A stretch of 58,373 nt of DNA, filler included, from Dugesia japonica (taxonomy: Eukaryota): the NCBI GenBank assembly GCA_001938525.1. It is 5 parts of 5 records of this genome, joined end to end, with 100 filler letters (N's around TTAATTAATTAA, not from the genome) between each part and the next. Parts side by side here need not be neighbours in the genome. Positions count along the whole stretch, not along the records: positions 28,284 to 38,946 come from MQRL01505497.1; positions 39,047 to 48,835 come from MQRL01610596.1; positions 48,936 to 58,373 come from MQRL01585265.1; 2 more parts are not named here. One strand, written 5' to 3'. Each line of letters begins with the position of its first letter. The first letter of the stretch is position 1. The notes under the pieces were generated by a model, which made no database searches, was not told the origin of the DNA, and saw only the letters and a program-made list of their open reading frames with translations. The translations under genes and the position numbers were made by a program. Below are positions 37,641 through 50,636 of this stretch, piece after piece.

Positions 37641-38946
37641 AACAATCAATTTTACGAGGTGCAACTATACTTTCAGATTAATGGCCTGCCTACAATGAAA
37701 TAGCAGCAATAGATTTCAATAACCAAACTATGAATCATTTTACTTCCTTTATTGATCCAATACCAGGCACTCACACTTTAAATATTGAGAGGATGTGAAA
37801 AGTGCATAACATAAAACTTAATTGAAAACTTAATGATTTTTATATGTACTTATTTATGTGGAAAAAGAATTAAAGAATAAATGGAACGAAAATATTTTAC
37901 AGTATACTACGTGATGTATCATTACACTAGCAACCACTACGACAAATATTATTATTTTAATTAAAAGAATTTGGAGATGAAATAACATATAATCAAGACA
38001 CAGGATTATTTCAACATATAAATCTTTAAGTATTAAATAAAAGGAGTTTTTGTCTTTAACTTGTGATATTTTATATTTGATATAGACATCTAATTTTTAC
38101 TGTTGCATTATTTAATTTACAAGGGCCTTATTGTAATATGAAATATTCAACATAAAATAAGGAGAAAAATCAAAGGAAAAAGAATGCAACTATTACAAAA
38201 GAAATTATTTTCATGATTAAGAATCGAATTCAATTGAGAAAGTCAAACATAAAAATTAGATTGACTCGATATTTTATGTTGCTCCATTGGAAAAATAGGT
38301 AATAGAATAAATGTTAGTAAAGATAAATCTTCTAAAGTTTCAATAAATTAAAAAGCTTTGATCAATATGTTAATTTTTGTTTTTATTAGAGGCCGAGCAT
38401 ATGTACCCATTCATTTAAGACTTTTAATTTTTAATTTAATTTCCAATAAATTCCACTCGAGTTATATTTTATTGTCTATATGGCTGAAATAAATAAATAA
38501 AATGAAAACCTATGTATTCCAATTGCAATTTATTAATTTATCAAATTTAATTTCTTCCAAAAATTACTAATTAAANNNNNNNNNNNNNNNNNNNNNNNNN
38601 NNNNNNNNNNNNNNNNNNNNNNNNNNNNNNNNNNNNNNNNNNNNNNNNNNNNNNNNNNNNNNNNNNNNNNNNNNNNNNNNNNNNNNNNNNNNNNNNNNNN
38701 NNNNNNNNNNNNNNNNNNNNNNNNNNNNNNNNNCTTTTCCTGAGAGTTGTTGTTAGTAATTCGAATCTTCGACAATTGTCTTCTTCAGGAATTAACATTT
38801 TTAATGGTTTAGTTCAACAATTATTTTTGCAATAATTGTAATTATAATTGTAATAATTATCTTCTATAAAAAAAATTAAATATTTTCAAAATTACGAAAA
38901 TAAACTATGGCGTAGATCAAAAAAGTTTCAAAAAAATGTTTCTTTT

Positions 38947-39046
38947 NNNNNNNNNNNNNNNNNNNNNNNNNNNNNNNNNNNNNNNNNNNNTTAATTAATT
39001 AANNNNNNNNNNNNNNNNNNNNNNNNNNNNNNNNNNNNNNNNNNNN
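38947..39046. other. Artificial spacer N44-TTAATTAATTAA-N44
   Basis: Identical 100-bp linker. Confidence 0.95.
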
Positions 39047-41925
39047 AATGTCATGAATTCAGGACTAAGTAAAGATGAAATAATTAATGACGTACTCTCA
39101 AAGAAGGTTAAAAATACAAATTTGAGAGAAAAATTGACAACACGTCCTGATATCAAGATCACGGAAATGAGATCCCTAGCAAAGATTTACAAGGATAAGG
39201 AACATTATCAACGAATCGCCGAAAAGGAAGATATCTGTATGATACAAAAAAAGTTATGCAAATGTAGTGAAACCTTACATAAATAGATTTGAAGAAGATA
39301 GACATAAAATACGTGTAAATAATTTGCCAGTAAAAAGAGTATAAGAGAGGAACACACAACCAGTGATTATGGAAGATAGAACACAGGTGATGAGGCCGAA
39401 ACCGACAGTATCAATGAAATATTTGGCAAGACGTTATTTTAATAGACAGAGAGGATTTCCAAAACCTCTTGAAGAAAAACTCCAAGACGTTATTGATGTG
39501 GAGAACATGGGCATAAACGATACCAATGCTCACTAAAAGACAAATGTTTAATTTGCGGCAAGTCTGGTCATCATTTTAGATCTTGTTTGATTGTACAGGG
39601 TTCGTCTAGTAGAAGGAACACTAAAATTTTGTGTATTCAAGAGGAATTGGACGATTCAAAAGAAGACGATGAGAGCGCGACAGATCATGATGTAGTAATG
39701 GGAAAAAACCAGAACGACTCCATTGCTTACATTTCATCGANNNNNNNNNNNNNNNNNNNNNNNNNNNNNNNNNNNNNNNNNNNNNNNNNNACAGATCATG
39801 ATGTAGTAATGGGAAAAAACCAGAACGACTCCATTGCTTACATTTCATCGATGGAGTCAGTATTGAAAAAGATGAAATAAATTGAAATGATGATGAAAGA
39901 AGAGAGATGTTTGAAATAGAAGATGGGTGAGAGTGGAGTATAGTAGATGTTAATGGAGTAAAGTTAGAGATGTTGTGGGATTCAGGAGCTTCGGCTACAG
40001 TCATGAGTGAGAACTATTGGATTAAAATTGGAAAGCTGTTGTTGTCGATGTGAAATATCAGATTTAATGGAGCATTTAATAAGGACGGAGAAAAACCGTT
40101 GGGTATAGCAGAATTAAGTATACAATGGAACAAGAAAGTCAGGAAAATTAAAGTCATCATAGTTAGACAGATCCACCCCGAATTGATAGACGGTATTGAT
40201 ACAATGCAAAGTTTTGGAGTGAAATTAACAGAAATAAATAACATCGAAAATGAGAGTCTGAAGATAACACATTCTGATAAAGACAGAAAAAATAACGCGT
40301 TGAAGTTGTTTATAGGAATAGATAACAGAAAAATTGTTCAGTTAATCCAGAATTTTGGTGAAATATTCATGGCTTTAAGGTTCGATATTGGGCATACGAG
40401 AAAATTTATACATGAAATTAAAGTTGAAGGAGATCTAATAGTACAGCACCCTAGTAGACAGTCGATGCATTTAGAAAAGAAAATTGAATATATGATTAAA
40501 GAATTAGNAAAGATTGGTGTAATCAGCAAGTGTAATAGTCCTTGGAATTATCCTATGCTATAGTTCCAGAATGTCCTTCGAAACTTCGTTCGTTATTCGG
40601 ACTAAGAAACTACTACAGACATTTCATAAAAGATTATGCAAAGATAGCAGCTCCTTTATATGAAGCAACTTCAGGTTGCAACAAACCGTTAGTTTGGACA
40701 GAAGCATGCCAGAAAAGTTTCAATGCGTTAAAAAACAAGCTATGTTATGCTCCAGTATTAGAATATCCCAGAGAGCATCGGATGTTCATTTTAGACACTG
40801 ATGCTAGTTTTGGGTCTATTGGTGCAGTACTTAGTCATGTAAAGAGGAAAATGAAGAGGTAATATCGTATGGTTCCAAGCATTTGACAGCTCATGAAAAA
40901 GGATAAGGGATGCGTGAGACAATTAATACAAGTATTGATAAATGCGAGATGTGTGCCAAAAGGAAAGTAGTACAGAGTCGTACAAAAGAAACATTTATAC
41001 CGTGGAGAAGCCAAAATTTTTTAGAACATATCATAGTGGACATAGCTTATATGGAACAGAGCAAGTCTGGAAAAAAATATATGGTGATAATGAGTGATCG
41101 TTTTAGCAAACTAGTCAGTTTATCTGCAGTTTCCAAAATGGATGAAGAGACGATTTTTATGATAACTTTGAACAAATGGATATACCGTTTTGGTAAACCG
41201 AAACATATTCTGACTGACAGAAGTATAGTGTTTGAAAGTCAAGTGATGGGAAAGAAACTAGGAAAATTTGGAATTTTACAGGAATTTAGTTCCCCGTATC
41301 AAAACCAGTCTAATAGTTTGGTAGAACGGATGATCCGAACAGTGAGGGGTATGATTACGATATCGATAAAAGGGAAATGTAATGAAAATAATTTGGAGCC
41401 ATTATTACCGAGAGTAGAATTTATTATTAATGCTACAATACAAGAGTCAANAAAATTGTCTCCTTTCGAAATCGTACTTGGTGAAAGATAAATCTGCATA
41501 CCAAAGAGGAAACGCTATCAAAAAAAGGACAGTGAAGAGATAGTGCGGCAGAATTTGGAGAATGCGGCGCAGAAAATGGGAAATTTCGAGAAAGATAAGC
41601 GAGGACAAAAATACTTTAAAGACGGGGAGTGGGTATTAGTCCGAGTAGAACCACACAAACAAAAGAAAAACGGTTTGCTGTATGAAGCCCCCATACCAGA
41701 TAGTGAGATTTGTATCAGCACATCAAGTTGAAATAAAGTTTTCAAATGGTTTGAAAACAAGAAGAATAGAATGGTATAAAAGATGGAAAATGTTTTGAAG
41801 GAGGGGAGAGTTATGGAAATTCGAAATAACGTTGTTTGAAAAATACTAATTAATGTTATAATTTATATTTAATAAAGTTTCTAATCTTAGTTGTTATTGA
41901 AATATGAGGACAAGGATATTGTAAC
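39047..41925 (+). mobile_element. Ty3/Gypsy element, pseudogenised, RT core deleted (gag, PR, RT start, RNase H, integrase, PPT, LTR remnant)
   Basis: Knuckles CGEHGHKRYQC / CLICGKSGHHFRSC; protease MLWDSGASATVMSE; SPWNYP (RT start) joined directly to LRSLFGLRNYYRHFIKDYAKIAAPL; LDTDAS; integrase IVDIA, ILTDRS, SPYQNQSNSLVER; PPT gaaggaggggagag at ~41797-41810. Confidence 0.9.
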
Positions 41926-42195
41926 TATTATTATTAATATATTATATTATTATATTATATTATTAATATATAAATAATTTGTTATATTTTATTTTATTAT
42001 ATTATTAATAATATATTATATAGTAAAATTATATCATTTTATTATATTATATATTATTTTATATTATTATATATTATTCTTAATATATAATATTATATAA
42101 TATTATTTATACTATTACTATTATAATGATTATTATTTTTATTGTTATTATTATATTATTTTTATTATTATTATTGTTATTCATTATAATAATCC
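41926..42195. repeat. AT-rich low-complexity (TAT/TTA/ATATT) satellite
   Basis: Near-pure A/T degenerate tandem repeats. Confidence 0.85.
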
Positions 42196-43089
42196 CAAGA
42201 CAAAATAACTTATAAAATAANNNNNNNNNNNNNNNNNNNNNNNNNNNNNNNNNNNNNNNNNNNNNNNNNNNNNNNNNNNNNNNNNNNNNNNNNNNNNNNN
42301 NNNNNNNNNNNNNNNNNNNNNNNNNNNNNNNNNNNNNNNNNNNNNNNNNNNNNNNNNNNNNNNNNNNNNNNNNNNNNNNNNNNNNNNNNNNNNNNNNNNN
42401 NNNNNNNNNNNNNNNNNNNNNNNNNNNNNNNNNNNNNNNNNNNNNNNNNNTTTGATGGGACTATTTTGACGTGTCGCATTTATTGGAATTATGCACTTTT
42501 GTGGTCATTTTTTAAATATGATCCAAAATTTCTTTTCGTTTAAACGATAATGAATTTATGAAACAGAACAATAAAAAACAATCCGAGTTTCTCTTAGCAT
42601 AGTTTCGGTACAACATAGTAGCAATTCCCTTTATATCAGCGTTTCACTATATATGAATCGCAGACTCATTATTGGGTCACGTGCTAATAGCAAATAAGTG
42701 ATAATAAAAAATTCTCCGTTGATATATTCATTTTCACCGAGAATTATGATTTCAATTACTGATGAATATTAAGATGATACGATACTAAATTATAGTGAAG
42801 GAATGAATTACTTTCTTACTTCAATCAGAATATTAAGTATTAGCTCTGAACTTTCAACTGAGCTCATTATAAAATATCATCTTGAACAAGAAGCCTCGTA
42901 TTTCGAGATAAATACAAAACAGATCTGCTAGTATTTGTCTAATAATAGTATTTTCGTCACAGTACTTGTATCAATACAAATATTGGATAGAGGATTCCAA
43001 AAGTTGAGAAATACCACTCTATATCATTCAACTAAATTTCGTTGACTTCATCTAATTAGGGAGTAATCTCAGTTCATAGGACATTCAAC

Positions 43090-43847
43090 AAAGGACGAAT
43101 CCACAGGAGAGGCGATAGGGGCGATCGCTCCCCCCTAACCGGATTTCGAGAAAGTTATATAATGATAAGGAGCGACTATCCACGTGAAAATTAGGATAGT
43201 AGTAAAGAAGAAATAATTAAAAACAATTTTGTATCAAAAGGTCGTAATGAATAAGATAATAATAATTGTAGATTAAAAATAAAGTAGACAGATAATGGCG
43301 CACTAAACCATATCCCAAGCGGATTACAAAGGGGTTTAGAAATTCGGTTTGAAATTTTGGTTTAGTAAATTAGGTAATCTATGATAAATTAAATAAATTT
43401 TATAATAAAAATTAACCTTATATAGAAATCTATTGTTTGTTTTTTATTGTTATTTCTATGTATTTCCTCGGGAATACGTTTTGGCGATTTTTACCCGTGT
43501 TATTCTTACTCAGCATAAAATTTTCTATTGAATAGATTGGTCGAAGAAAATAAAATTTTTAAAATTTTTATCCATAATAAAACATAAAAAAACATTTTTG
43601 GCCTAAGGTTTAGTTAAATTTCTTCATTTTGAAAATATTTAATTTTATTTTTAAAAAATGTAATATTTAAACTTTTTTACTAGATTTACGTGAAAATTAA
43701 TTAAAAATTGATTTTAGTAAAAGTAAACAAAAAATCATTAATTTCACTTTATTTAAACTAAAAATTTAGTTCCCGGTCGATTATACAATAAATGGTGTAA
43801 TTATTTTTAAATCGCCCCCCCATGAAAAATTCATGGATCGGTCTCTG
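43090..43847. mobile_element. hAT-type non-autonomous element
   Basis: Perfect 8-bp TSD cattcaac (43082-43089, 43848-43855); degenerate TIRs with subterminal ggggcgatcgc / atcgcccccc. Confidence 0.75.
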
Positions 43848-44549
43848 CATTCAACAAATACTAAAAAATTTTACATAAATAGAATTAAAACAAACATAGA
43901 AATAATTATACATACGGTTTCTAGGTCCACAAAAAAGTTGAAATCGATTAAATATAAATAAAATATTTTAATACATAAACATTTAAAATTCTTCGTAATC
44001 CTAAACTGTTTTTCACAAAAGAAATTTCGCTAATCTTTTAAAGCTTTTGGTAATATTTATAATTGATTAATATTAAGTATTGANCTGTGAAAAAATTGAC
44101 AAAAAACCTGCAAATTGCCAACAAAAGAAACAATAACCAATGTATCCATGTGAATTTGCATGAGTTCCTTATGGTGCTGAACTAGTAATATTAAACTTTT
44201 AACCGAGCACTCCTCATTCTTATGATGCAACTTGAATTGGGCGCAAGATTTTGCCAAAGGACTTGTTATTACGTCACACTCGATACATTTACTTTATAAC
44301 TATTCAAATGCATGTCCCACCCGTTTCAATGCACTATATATACTTTAAGGACGTTTTTATACGTCTTATCCGGTTAACAAGCTAATCAATACTAGACTGA
44401 TAGTAGTCTTTTGTTAACAAGCCTGATAATAAGTCTATATTTTGCTGTGAATTTTGCAAATTAAATATTTATTTTGATGTTCATTTTAAATTTTATTTGA
44501 TTTTAATTGGTGAATAAAAAACTCAAAAACGTATCTATCTATCAATTGA

Positions 44550-44778
44550 CAGTGACTTAGCAAAGGTTGAGGGGTCTATCATGTTCCGGGCTACACTTAA
44601 TAAAGGCGCCAAAATGTCCANAAAACAAATAAAATTTTCAAAGTCCAAAAAAATATAATGGTTTTTTATGGCAAGGGGCCTGCAATCTAAAAAAATTTGG
44701 AACCACTGCTTTTTCAGGGGAGTGAGGCGCCAAAAAAGGAATTGTGCCCGGTCGTCAGTTATGTTTGCTACGCCCCTG
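44550..44778. mobile_element. hAT-type MITE (same family as 34590-34854)
   Basis: Termini cagtgacttagcaa / ttgctacgcccctg; shared internal motif tctatcatg..ggct.cact. Confidence 0.55.
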
Positions 44779-47111
44779 ATAATCAAATATATTGATGTAA
44801 GGATGTCGTAACGTGCGTGGTCAATCAATTTTAATATTTTTTCATTCGTTCGAATAACATAATTTAATTTAAAATACTAATTCGATTTTTAAATGAGATC
44901 AGAAACAATATCCATTTCAATTCCGAACTGTTGAAAAGGAAATATAATAAATACGTTTTATTCATGTAAATTAATGAACAAAAAATATTGAAAATTTAGC
45001 CAGCAGATCCACATCGCTTGTTGAATTTAATATTATAATTTGTATTATAAATAATGAAAATAAATTAGTTGTATTCGAAATTAATTTCTTCGTCAAATTA
45101 TTCTATAATGAATAAAATTCTGTGTTAAATACTAATAATTTAGAATTGAGTAATTTTTTAAAAGGATTAATATTGAAATAAATGGTTCGTCATAGATTGT
45201 TTATCATCATTTGAGCACAAAATGTTTTTCTTTCAGTGTTACATCATAATTACTTCATTGAAATTTGAAAAGACCTGTTCAAAAAAATCTCAATTATAGA
45301 AGGTATTTATTTTAATTTAATTTTTCTATTTCGAGTATATCTGTCGGTCAATAAAATTAATTTAAAGATTTCAAAGTTTCTAAAAAATTATTATTTATTA
45401 ATTTATGGTCATTAATAATCATTGTCATTAAAAAAAAACTTTTGATTACTTAATAGGCGATTTGAATTTGTCAATTTGATAAAAATAAAAACAGGTGAAT
45501 TGATATGATAATTTAATCTGAATTTTAATAAAAATCGTTTACATGAAATGTTTAAAAAATGTCTACATCATTGTTATTTTAAGACAAACTTGGGAAATTC
45601 ATGCTGAACATAAAACATTCATTAAAGGATTGTTGATTGATATTGATTACGTAAAATGCACGTTAAAATATTTCAAAAAATAAATAATGTAATGCATGGA
45701 ATATATGGCACCTGTATTTGTGGTGTATGGGCTGATAAAATAACATAAAGATGATACGGTTTTATTAGACTGTTATGATTAAGAAAAGATTCTCCGTTAT
45801 GTAACATGAAATTTTTATAATATTAATTACTTGTTTAATAGTCTCAAATTTATTAATATTAATTATAATTATTTTCAATAAAAATTTTTAAAAACTGTAC
45901 ACCTCTATATTTTCATTCAAAATTGATTTGCAAATAAAATTCGGTCATGATTGTTTATTTACTTTATGATATTAGTAATTTTGAATAATAATAATTATTA
46001 TCAAGTATGCTTTAAATTACAAGGAAACGTGATGAAATTCTGATGACAACTATGTTTATATAGTTAGTCGATATTTGAGTAATNNNNNNNNNNNNNNNNN
46101 NNNNNNNNNNNNNNNNNNNNNNNNNNNNNNNNNNNNNNNNNNNNNNNNNNNNNNNNNNNNNNNNNNNNNNNNNNNNNNNNNNNNNNNNNNNNNNNNNNNN
46201 NNNNNNNNNNNNNNNNNNNNNNNNNNNNNNNNNNNNNNNTCAAAATCTAAATAAAGAAATCGATTTATAAAATATAATTATATATTCAGAAAAATTTAAT
46301 TGATTTACGAATTATTCGAAAAATAATAAAGTTAATAATATTTTAAAGTAAAAAAGACGATTTTGGAATGTTTCGAACTTATCCTTTGCATGGAGAATTT
46401 TTTTAAAATTTAATATTTCACAGTATTAATCATTTGTTATAGCTATAAAAAGTCATGTGAAATTGGTGTTGCACAGTAACAAAGATTACCCAAAGCAGAC
46501 GGAATAGATATCGCTCAGCTGATATTTTCTTTTTCTACAATTACCATAATAGTTACATCTCTATAAAATACTAATAATCGACTCGTAAAATTCAATTAAA
46601 ATATCAGAAGGAAAGTAGTTTATGCGTCATAGATGATTTTTAAAAAGATTGGATAATGGATATTAGAAATGACAGATTCTTTTCCAAAATAAATACTGTT
46701 AAATTCAAAAAAAATTATTCAAATATTCGCTGTAACTTTTTGAAGTTATTCTATGTGTGGAAACAAGAAAAAACATAGAAAAAAGTGTATAACTTTATTT
46801 TTTATCCTTGAAGGAGAAAAAATGAATTTCAACTCAAAAGTAAGAAATAATTATGGAATATATTTGGAAAAATAGGATAGATTAAAACTGTGCTCTCTAA
46901 AAATTTGCAGAAAAATAAAATATCAATTTACTCAAGTCTGTATATCTGATGGTAGTTCAATAAATAGAACTACGTTCGCATCATTTCCTGCTCCATTTGA
47001 AAACATATTTTAGATTTTAAGAGTGTAAAAAAAGCGAATAACCTGAACCAGTGTTGGTCAGAGCTATATTACTTCTGCCGATAAGACTATATTTGCTAAT
47101 GATAAAGTTTA

Positions 47112-47749
47112 CAGGGGCGGAATGATGGAGAGTAGGCAAGCCGGACAACTGCCTGGGCCGCCAAACCTATTTTGTAAAATCAAGTAACCTAAATACATAG
47201 TTTGCTTTGCATTTGTTATCAGCTTTTTACTAATTAAATGTTATTATTAAATCAGTTTAGATACGGCTGAACGGCATAAATCCAGAAAACATCAAATTTT
47301 TTTGATTTCTGAAAAAAAAACGTTCCACATTATGATATTAATAATATTATTATAATATTTCAATAAATTAAAAAACTTCAATCAAAATGTTGCTTTTGTT
47401 GCTAGTAATTAACTTTAATTCTCGTAAAAGACAATGGCCGAAAATTCGTATTACTAACAACAAAAAAACGACATTTTGATCGAAGCTTTTTAATTAATTG
47501 AAACTTTATAATGTGATCAAAAGTCAAATCCAAAAATTATCCTCGCAATAATTGTAATTCTAAAGCTATTATAATATTATCTAAAATTTAAGAAATGCTA
47601 ATGTTTTTGGTTGAAATTTACTTTACGTGTCTACTGGCCAGAACTACGTTACTGAAATTCATATATTAATTTTAAAATATGGGAAACGAAGGAAGGGGTG
47701 CCAAATGAGAATTTTCCCCAGGGTGCCTGAAAACCTTAGTACGATTCTG
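47112..47749. mobile_element. hAT-type non-autonomous element containing a nested foldback repeat
   Basis: Left end caggggcgga, right end cccagggtgcc..tagtacgattctg; degenerate TSD aaagttta / aatgtata; foldback family copy at ~47370-47560. Confidence 0.55.
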
Positions 47750-48835
47750 AATGTATAAAAGGATCGTATGAAGTTTTGATATTGCATTTTTTTTCATGAA
47801 AAATCATTATTTTTACATGGCAAAATTGTTAATTTGTAAAAAGAGCATCCGCAATTAACATAGGAACTTTTAATTTTGATGATTTTCAAATGGCAGCTTG
47901 TGGCATTTGCTCATATTANNNNNNNNNNNNNNNNNNNNNNNNNNNNNNNNNNNNNNNNNNNNNNNNNNNNNNNNNNNNNNNNNNNNNNNNNNNNNNNNNN
48001 NNNNNNNNNNNNNNNNNNNNNNNNNNNNNNNNNNNNNNNNNNNNNNNNNNNNNNNNNNNNNNNNNNNNNNNNNNNNNNNNNNNNNNNNNNNNNNNNNNNN
48101 NNNNNCTTCCTATCACTTTTTCTTAACATGTTTTATTCCAACATTTACAATCTTGTTTTACATAATGAAATGTAATTAAAAATAAAAAAATTTGAAAGAA
48201 AATATTAATAATTCAATTATGCTCCGTTCACCTTCTCCAGTTACACCAATGGATTGATAATTTGAAAAGAACACTCGAAATCATTTGTTTGGATATGAAT
48301 CCGAATTTATTTCTGTGAATAATTATCATTTACAGAATAAATATTTATGAAAATTGACGAAATTATATTATATTTTTTCATAATTTATAGTAAAATATTA
48401 TAAATATAGAAAAGAGTAGATTTTGTAATTCCTAACAAATTAAAATCCACTAACAATTTTTTTTGAAGATTAGTTACGATTACTGACTTAGTTAAGGCTT
48501 AGATGAACTTGAAAAATCAAGTAAGAATCGGAGGTCATTCATAAATAAGAAAAATAAGCTGTTTCTAAAAATTCCTTAAAATGATGGAATTAATTCTCTT
48601 TGTTTTACCTAAGAGAATTTTCCCTGAAGTCCGAGTATTTGTATCTCCTTTACCTTCTCTTGAACCTTTTACAGACAAAATCTTACAAATTTTAATGAGG
48701 AACCAGTGGTGCAACTAGGGAAAGAACATGGCATTTATCTAGATGCCGTGACTTTAGGGTACCAAATAAATTATTTGATGAATTTTATTATGTCAAAATT
48801 TTCATTTTTAAGGAATTATTGATATTTTCTTTCAG

Positions 48836-48935
48836 NNNNNNNNNNNNNNNNNNNNNNNNNNNNNNNNNNNNNNNNNNNNTTAATTAATTAANNNNNNNNN
48901 NNNNNNNNNNNNNNNNNNNNNNNNNNNNNNNNNNN
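48836..48935. other. Artificial spacer N44-TTAATTAATTAA-N44
   Basis: Identical 100-bp linker. Confidence 0.95.
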
Positions 48936-49027
48936 GAGTAAATGAAGATAACATGTTTGATGATCCAACATTAGCGATATTACAGAAAATCGGATGCCAG
49001 CTCAAACCAAGAGTTAGAGCTGAGAGA

Positions 49028-49243
49028 ATCATAATTGCGATTAAACCACCACAGGGTAACCGCTTTGAAATATCTATGAAACCATTAGATACAGTGCAAA
49101 ACTTGATTTGTAAACTTCAGTGTCGTGACGTACAGCCAATTCAACGCAGGTATTTTGGACAATTAATGGATCCAAATAAAACATTATTGGAAAGCGGACT
49201 AATCCCAGATTGGCCGAATGAGATAAGACTTGAGTATTCATTA
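49028..49243 (+). pseudogene. Ubiquitin-like domain within the retroelement polyprotein
   Basis: IIIAIKPPQGNRFEISMKPLDTVQNLICKLQ..RRYFGQLMDPNKTLLESGL aligns by eye with ubiquitin [48 protein letters not shown]. Confidence 0.75.
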
Positions 49244-50210
49244 AATTCTACAATGCGTATTGATCAAAACAATGTTTGTTTGGTAATAGAATATGAACCA
49301 AGAGAAATGGAAAAAATGGAAGCATTACCACATCAAATAAAAGATGAATTACAAAAGTTAACTATAGATAATACAACAGTTAAAAAGCTATTGAATTAAG
49401 CTATCATACTAGCTATACCTGTCAATACACTAGCACAATTGATTGATAATATATTACCGATAATGAGTCAGAACACTCCTTATCAAACAGAAATAAAAAT
49501 GCTCGTGCGGAAAAACGGCGAAGCTATTAGACATAATCCATCCAGACAAGGGATTTTGACACTGGACTATACAGGGCTAACAAAATATTATCATTGTTTC
49601 ACTAAAGTTAAAAAGTTAAGGAGAGAAATTCGACATGAAATTAATGATGAAAATATTTACCTGATAATTATACATGAAAGTTTAGTTGATGATGATGGAT
49701 GTTGGATGTCTTCCAGACAGAAAAATAAATGTAGTACTACCAGTAGTACCTGAATTGAGGGGTACATGGCAAATTATGCAGTTACCAGCACTAGTAACAG
49801 AAGAGTCTGAAGAGGAAACTGAACATAATCGAATGGAGATGGATGAATTGAATACACCACCACCTCCCAAAGCAGTAATACCAGCTATACTAGAGCCGAT
49901 TAATCAATTGCATCAAGTAGATTTAGATGTAGACGATGTAATAATTTATGTTGTAGAAGATGTGCCTACACATGAGAAAATGAGACCACCAATTAATAAT
50001 CAAACAAGCACAGTACAAGAAATATCAACACATAATAGACAGACTAACTCTCACGTAAATACAAGACGGAGAGGTAGACCACCTAATTCAGGGTGAATAC
50101 CGCCACCTAAAGATCTATTATCAGAGGAAACATTAATTGCCCCGAGAGCAAGACAAATTGCAGCAGCAGATACAACGTGGAATCAACCACCAGAGGTACC
50201 TATACATCGA

Positions 50211-50636
50211 ATGTCGAGTACAGAAAAGATAACTAATAATTTAGTAAAAGAAATCATGCCAAAGTTACCACTAGATAAAGTGGATTGTGAATATCAACTG
50301 AAAAAATTGATTAAGAGTTGTAGAGATCAACTGTCGACAGTGCAATACGACGATGAAAATATAAGTGCGGTCATACGGCGAGTGTATGAAACAGGTCTAG
50401 ATGAAGCAAAGATATGTAATATTTTTGCTTATTTAATCAAACGAATAAAATATGCTAACGAGAGAAATACTGACTTAGATCACGAGATAGAAATGCTGAG
50501 TGGCATAATCGATCAGTTTGTAGAACCATGGATTGTCACACATGGGCAATGGTCCGAATTTTTAAAATTACAAACAGTGAGAGGTAATAATCAAATACCA
50601 GTAAACAGACCACTAAATTTACAAAACACTATGTAG
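50211..50636 (+). pseudogene. Bcl-2-like domain within the retroelement polyprotein
   Basis: BH1-like VIRRVYETGLDEAKICNIFAY (cf. [21 protein letters not shown]) and BH2-like VEPWIVTHGQWSEF (cf. LEPWIQENGGWDTF) at Bcl-2 spacing; helical character. Confidence 0.7.

Noticed and set aside
39680-39851. Perfect 61-bp direct repeat flanking an N gap
   Set aside because: Identical sequence on both sides of a gap is a typical unmerged contig overlap.
46300-47090. Possible P-element/THAP9-like transposase relic (ISDGSSINRTTF)
   Set aside because: Only one short motif; the surrounding frames are uninterpretable.
50211-50636. Bcl-2-like ORF as an ordinary host gene
   Set aside because: It is intronless and co-framed with flanking polyprotein segments that lead to a retroviral protease.
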